Origin: Chiloscyllium plagiosum
Taxonomy: Eukaryota
NCBI RefSeq assembly: GCF_004010195.1
Contig: NC_057718.1
Coordinates: forward strand, 36,777,717-36,804,994
DNA length: 27,278 bases
Direction of reading: 5' to 3'
Numbering within the stretch: position 1 is the stretch's first letter; each line of letters opens with the position of its first letter. Below are positions 22,910 through 27,278 of the stretch, in pieces. A program made the position numbers and the translations under genes. Under the pieces are notes generated by a model that made no database searches, was not told where the DNA came from, and worked only from the letters and a program-made list of their open reading frames with translations.

Positions 22910-24551
22910 GAAACGTTCTGCAAGTTGGCGTCCTGTCTCCATGTAGAGGGGACCACATCAGAGCACTGGACACAGTAGATAACGTGTGTGAAGGTGCAGG
23001 AAAATCTCTGTTGGATGTGGAAGAATCCTTTGGGGCCTTAGCTGGAGGTGAGGGGGAGGTGTGGGAACAGGTTTTATCATTCTTGCAGTGCCAATGAAAG
23101 GTGTTGGGAGTGGAGGGTGGGCTGGCAGGGGGCTTGGACCTAACAAGAGAGTTCCGGAGGGAATGGTCTCTGCAGAACACAGATAGGGGTAGGGAAGGAA
23201 ATATACCTCTGGTGGTGGGGTCTGTTTGTAGGTGGTGGAAATGGCAGAGGATGGTGTGTAGTATCGAGAGGTCGGTGGGGTGAAAGGTGACAACCAGAGG
23301 GGTACTGTCTTTGTTGCGATGGGCAGGGTGGTTTTCAAGATTGGAGATCTGGGAAGTGGAGGAGATACGCTGGAGGACATCGTTGACCAAGTGGGAGGGG
23401 AAATTGCAGTCCTTGAAGAAGGATGCTACCTGGGATGTTCTATGGTGGAATTGGTCCTCCTGGGAGCAGAAGCAGCAGAGGAATTGGGAGCAAGGGATGG
23501 CATTTTTATAGGAGGCAGGGTGGGAGGAGGTGTAGTCAAGGTAGCTGTGAGAATTGGTGGGTTTGAAGTAGATCTCCGTGTTGAGGCAGTCACCGGAAAT
23601 GGAGACGGAGAGGACAAGGAAGGGGAGAGAGGTGTCCGAGATAGTCCGGGTGAACTTGATGTCAGGGTGGAAGGTGTTAGTGAAGATGATGAACTGTTCA
23701 ACCTCCTTATGGGACCATGAGGTGGCACCTATACACTCATTGATGTAGCGGAGGAAAAGGTGGGGAATGATGCTGGTGGAGCTGAAAAGATGAACTGTTC
23801 CACAAACCCAATGAATAGGCAGGCATAGCTGGGACACATGTGGGTGCCTATGGCTACCCGTTTGGTCTGGAGGAGGTGGGTATTGACTGGTTCAGTCAAT
23901 CAAATGAGTGTGTCAGTGGAAGGGTACTGGTTGGGTTGACAGGAAAGGAAGAAACGGAGGGCTTGGAGGCCTTTGTCATGATGGATGGATGTGTATAGAG
24001 ACTGGATGTCCATGGTGAAGATGAGGCATTGGGGGTCATGCAACCAAAAGTCATGGAGGAGGTGGAGGGTGTGGATGGTGTCCCGAATGTATGTGGGAGA
24101 TCCTGGACCAATGGGGACAGGACAGTGTCAAGGTATGCAGAGGTAGTTTCATTGGGGCAGGAGCAGGTTGAGACAATGGATCAACCGAGGCAGTCAGGTT
24201 TGTGAATTTTGAGAAAGATGTAGAACCGGGCGGTGCGGAGTTTCCGGACGATGAGGTTGGAGGCTGTTGGTGGGAGATCCCCTGAGGTGATGACATTGTG
24301 GGTTGTCTGGGGGATGATAGTTTGGTGATGGGAGATGAGGTCGTGGTCAAGGAGGCAGTAGGAGGAGGTGTCCATGAGTTGGTGCCTGGCTTCAGCGGGG
24401 TAGATATTAGTGTACCAAACTACCACTGCTCCCCTGCTTGTCTGTTGGTTTGATGGTAAGGTTGGGGTTGGAGGGCTGTGCGTTGCGAGGGTGAGAGGTT
24501 GGAGTGGGCGGATCCAGGTACCCTACTGCAGGCAGGCAGGTTGGTGGGATA

Positions 24552-24866
24552 GAGAAAATGCTGGAAAATCTCAGCAGGTCTGGCAGCATCTGTAAGGAGA
24601 GAAAAGAGTTAACGTTTCGAGTCTAACTGACCCTTTGTCAATGCTAAAAAAAAGGGAGAAATAGGGAGGTATTTATAGTAGGCTGAGAGAAGGTGAGTCA
24701 TGGCTCCAGAAGCAAAGGTAGCAATAAAGAGGTGATAATGCTACAGTTACACTCGAAACCTCAGCTCTTTTTTCTCCTTACAGATGCTGCCAGACCTGCT
24801 GAGATTTTCCAGCATTTTCTCTTTTGGTTTCAGATTCCAGGTATCCACAGTAATTTGCTTTTATAT
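24552..24866. mobile_element. Penelope-type inverted terminal-repeat (hairpin) insertion
   Basis: Perfect 49-bp inverted repeat 24552-24600/24773-24821, extending imperfectly inward, and a 14-bp TSD AGGTTGGTGGGATA (24538-24551, 24867-24880). Confidence 0.85.
24605..24646 (-). ncRNA. Minimal type I hammerhead-like ribozyme motif (degenerate copy) in a Penelope terminal repeat
   Basis: Minus strand UUGACAA-A-GGGUC-AGUUA-GACUC-GAAA-CG-UU: core box, stem II, GAAA and palindromic AACGUU minimal stem III. Stem I pairing is poor in this copy. Confidence 0.5.
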
Positions 24867-25001
24867 AGGTTGGTGGGATACTCAGGTTTTCACGCCCTCC
24901 TCCCGTTGTTTGTACTTGACCTTTTGTGAGAGAGGCTCGAGATGGTTTGAGACCTTCATGGATACTCCTCCTCCAGTTTCTTCCATCTTGGGCAAGAAAA
25001 T

Positions 25002-26415
25002 CTCAAAGGCAGGAGACAGAGGGTATTGGTAGAGGGTTGCTTTTCAGAATGGAGGCCTGTGACCGGGGTGTGCCACAAGGATCGGTGCTGGGTTTGCTGC
25101 TGTTCGTCATTTATATAAATGATTTGGAAGTGAACACAGGAGGTATAGTTAGTCACTTTGCAGATGACACCAAAATTGGAGATGTAGTGGACAGCCAAGA
25201 TGATTGAGGGCCTTGGTGGCACGGTGGATCCGTGGTTAGCACTGCTGCCTCACAACGCCAGTCCCAGGTTCGATTCCAGCCTTGGGTGCCTGTCTGTGTG
25301 GAGTTTGGACATTCTCCCCATGTCTGTGTAAATTTCCTCCAGGTGCTCCAGTTTTCTCCCATAATCCAAAGATGTGCAGGTTAGGTGAATTGGCCATGCT
25401 AAGTTGCCCATTGTGTTCAGGGATGTGGAGGTAAGGTGACTTAATCAGTGGTAAATGTAGAGTAATGGGGAATTGGTTTGGGGGGGACACTCCTCGGAGG
25501 GTCATTGTGGACTTGTTGGGCTGAAGGGCCTGTTTCCACATTGTGGGATTTCTAATTCTAATTTACCTTGATCAATTGGGCTAATGGGCTCAGGAGTAGC
25601 AGATGAAGTTTAGTTTGGATAAATGTGAGGTGCTACATTTTGGAAAGGCAAATCAGGGCAGGACTTATCCACAACAATAAGGTCCTGGGGAGTGTTGCTG
25701 AACAAAAAAACCTTGGAGTACAGGTTCATAGTTCCTTGAAAGTGGAGTCACAGGCAGATAGAATAGTGAAAGAAGGCATTTGGTATGCTTGCCTTTAGTG
25801 GTCAGTGCATTGAGTATAGGAGTTGGGAAGTCAAGCTACAGTAGTACAGGACATATTTTAGGCCACTGTGGAATACCGCGTTCAATTCTGGTCTCCCTGT
25901 TATAGAAAGGATTTTGTGAAACTTGAAAGTGTTCAGAAAAGATTGACAAGGATGTTATCAGGGTTGGAGGGTTTGAGGTACAGGGAGAAGCTGAATAGGC
26001 TGGGGCTGTTTTCCCTGGGGCATTGGAGCCTGAAGTGTGACTTCATAGATGTTTATAAAATAATGAGGGGCATGGATAGAGTGAATAGACAAGGTCATTT
26101 CCTTAGGTTGGGGGAGTCCAGAGCTAGAGGGTAAAAGTCTAAAGTGAAAGGGGAAAGACTTAAAAGGGACCTAAGGGGCAACCTTTTCACGTAGACAGTG
26201 GTGCGTGTATGGAATGAGCTGCCAGAGAAAGTGGTGACGAATGGTACAAATACAACATTTAAAAGGCATCTGGATGGGTACAAGTATTTACAGGGATATG
26301 GGCCAAGTGCTAGCAAATGGGACTAGATTAGGTTAGGATACCTGGTCAGCATGGACAAGTTGCTCCGAAGGGTCTGTTTCTGTGCTGTACATCTTTATGA
26401 CTCTATGACTCTATG
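25002..26415 (+). mobile_element. 5'-truncated CR1 (HER1-type) LINE, interrupted by a SINE
   Basis: GVPQGSVLG, FADDTKIG and EYRVQFWSPCYRKD, ending in a (CTATGACT)n tail at 26393-26415. Multiple stops and frameshifts. Confidence 0.92.
25214..25563 (+). mobile_element. tRNA-derived HE1/V-SINE-type SINE nested in CR1
   Basis: A-box-like TGGATCCGTGG (25225-25235), consensus B-box GGTTCGATTCC (25267-25277), V core and (TTCTAA)n tail. Confidence 0.9.
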
Positions 26416-26515
26416 TACCATAACTATTTAAACTTGTACTTCCTGCCTGCAGATATGGAATGTAAGCATTATTGATCTTTTATTTACCTGCATTTGCACA
26501 TTTCATAATGACATA

Positions 26516-26661
26516 TGTGAACCCAAAGAAAGCACATGCAATGTTCCTTCATGCCTTAGCGCCTCTGACCTCCATAATCACAAAGTGCTTCAAAAGACCC
26601 ACATCAATTCTAGCCTTACAGCCTGACTCGATCCCCTACAATTTGCCTACCAATGTAACAG
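26516..26661 (+). mobile_element. Rex1/Babar LINE RT fragment
   Basis: PKKAHAM...LTSIITKCF and, in another frame, HINSSL...LDPLQFAY, the Rex1 RT pattern PKK...LNDYRP.ALTS..MKCFE...LDPLQFAY. Confidence 0.75.
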
Positions 26662-26887
26662 GAATTCAAGATGGAGGACGGGAAAAATTTCTGGCTGTAA
26701 GAGCTGCTCCTTTTTTTGAGGTATTTTAGGTGTTGGAGGTGATTTCCTCGAAATCGAGGAGCTGCAATTACTGTTTTATATGCTGTTGCATTGTTTTGGA
26801 ACTTTGGGAAAAAGAAGTCAAAACAGCAGCAGTTTTAAAAGGGAGAAGAGCAGACAAAGGAAGCACATGGTGAGGACAGTGCAGGAG

Positions 26888-26918
<31 letters not shown>

Positions 26919-27278
26919 ACCTGCATAGTTACCGCCTTTGCTGTTTGAATTTGTGTATTGCTGGACATCGGAGTGCATCTGAGAAAATTAACAAACAGTG
27001 AAATCCACAACTAAGCTTGGAGGAACTGTTGGGCGAAGTACACAGCACAGAATCAGATAAGTTAATCGTTGTTTTAGGTCTGTCCAAGGGAAAGGCTGCA
27101 GTAGTGAGTATAGTGGATTCTTTCTTGATTATATGTTTTTGGAGATAAGTCTCTTGATTAAACTTAAAATATAAGCCATAACTATTAATTTAACCTGGGG
27201 CAGTGTTTGTAGCGGAATAAGATGGTGTTATTTTCTGGGCCTGTAGATTGTGAAGGAGCAAAAATGGCCTTTGCAGTG
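26662..27278 (+). mobile_element. Probable 5'UTR and ORF1 start of a long LINE (CR1-like) running out of the window
   Basis: Abruptly truncates the Rex1 fragment, begins with YY1-like CAAGATGG (26667-26674), contains a (GA)n tract (26885-26908) and ends in aaaATGGCCTTTGCAGTG (ATG at 27264). Family assignment from memory only. Confidence 0.5.

Larger units (their letters stand above)
21799..24506 (-). mobile_element. Penelope-like retroelement (RT + GIY-YIG endonuclease), 5'-truncated and decayed, interrupted by a CR1
   Basis: Minus strand: IKPTDK (=IKPADKG), TMDIQSLYTSI, VAMGTHM, FLRYINE (YIDD mutated), FLVLSV, YFKPTNSHSYLDYTSSHP, and the GIY-YIG region HVIYCVQC...ETGRQLAERF|REHL. Terminal repeat at 21799-21880. 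Confidence 0.92.
24507..25000 (-). mobile_element. RTE-clade LINE C-terminal fragment (24507-24551 + 24881-25000)
   Basis: Minus strand LAQDGRNWRRSIHEG resembles the RTE C-terminal (LA.DR..WR..I..G) motif. The sequence is continuous across the 14-bp TSD. Confidence 0.55.

Noticed and set aside
22890..23837. 315-aa ORF as a host gene or active reverse transcriptase
   Set aside because: Decayed Penelope RT/thumb: catalytic YIDD reads YINE, flanked by frameshifts, and the endonuclease is split by a CR1.
24552..24821. miRNA precursor or MITE
   Set aside because: The arms are Penelope-type terminal repeat sequence, asymmetric relative to the TSD; better explained by Penelope inversion.
25214..25285. 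tRNA gene (A and B boxes; likewise at 1306-1370 and 21575-21643)
   Set aside because: These are SINE heads continuing into a V-SINE core and LINE-derived tail.

Overview
Eukaryotic, repeat-rich vertebrate genomic DNA. The HE1/V-SINE-type SINEs, CR1 and Penelope families suggest a cartilaginous fish (shark or ray); this is an inference. The only host gene I can support is EML4 on the minus strand. Its first coding exon (ATG GAC GGT TTC GCC GGC AGT TTG G|GTGAGT = MDGFAGSL, 20838-20814) lies in a CpG island with a ZNF143/THAP11-type motif and a G-quadruplex-type tract. It is too short to appear in the ORF track. Positions 1-20813 are therefore intron 1; I found no exon 2 in the window, and there is a 383-nt assembly gap. 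The intron holds CR1, L2 and SINE fragments, two solo LTRs with 5-bp TSDs, a Penelope hairpin and a Harbinger-like Myb/SANT relic. Upstream of the promoter (21245-27278) is an almost continuous nest of retroelements: SINE in SINE, CR1 in Penelope, Penelope hairpin in RTE, SINE in CR1, Rex1, and a probable CR1 5' end. All long ORFs are decayed transposon ORFs or chance frames. I see no convincing new multi-gene system. The most unusual items are a Penelope-associated minimal hammerhead-like core with a compensatory U3-A8 pair and an unexplained CpG-retaining, multi-frame-open patch in intron 1.
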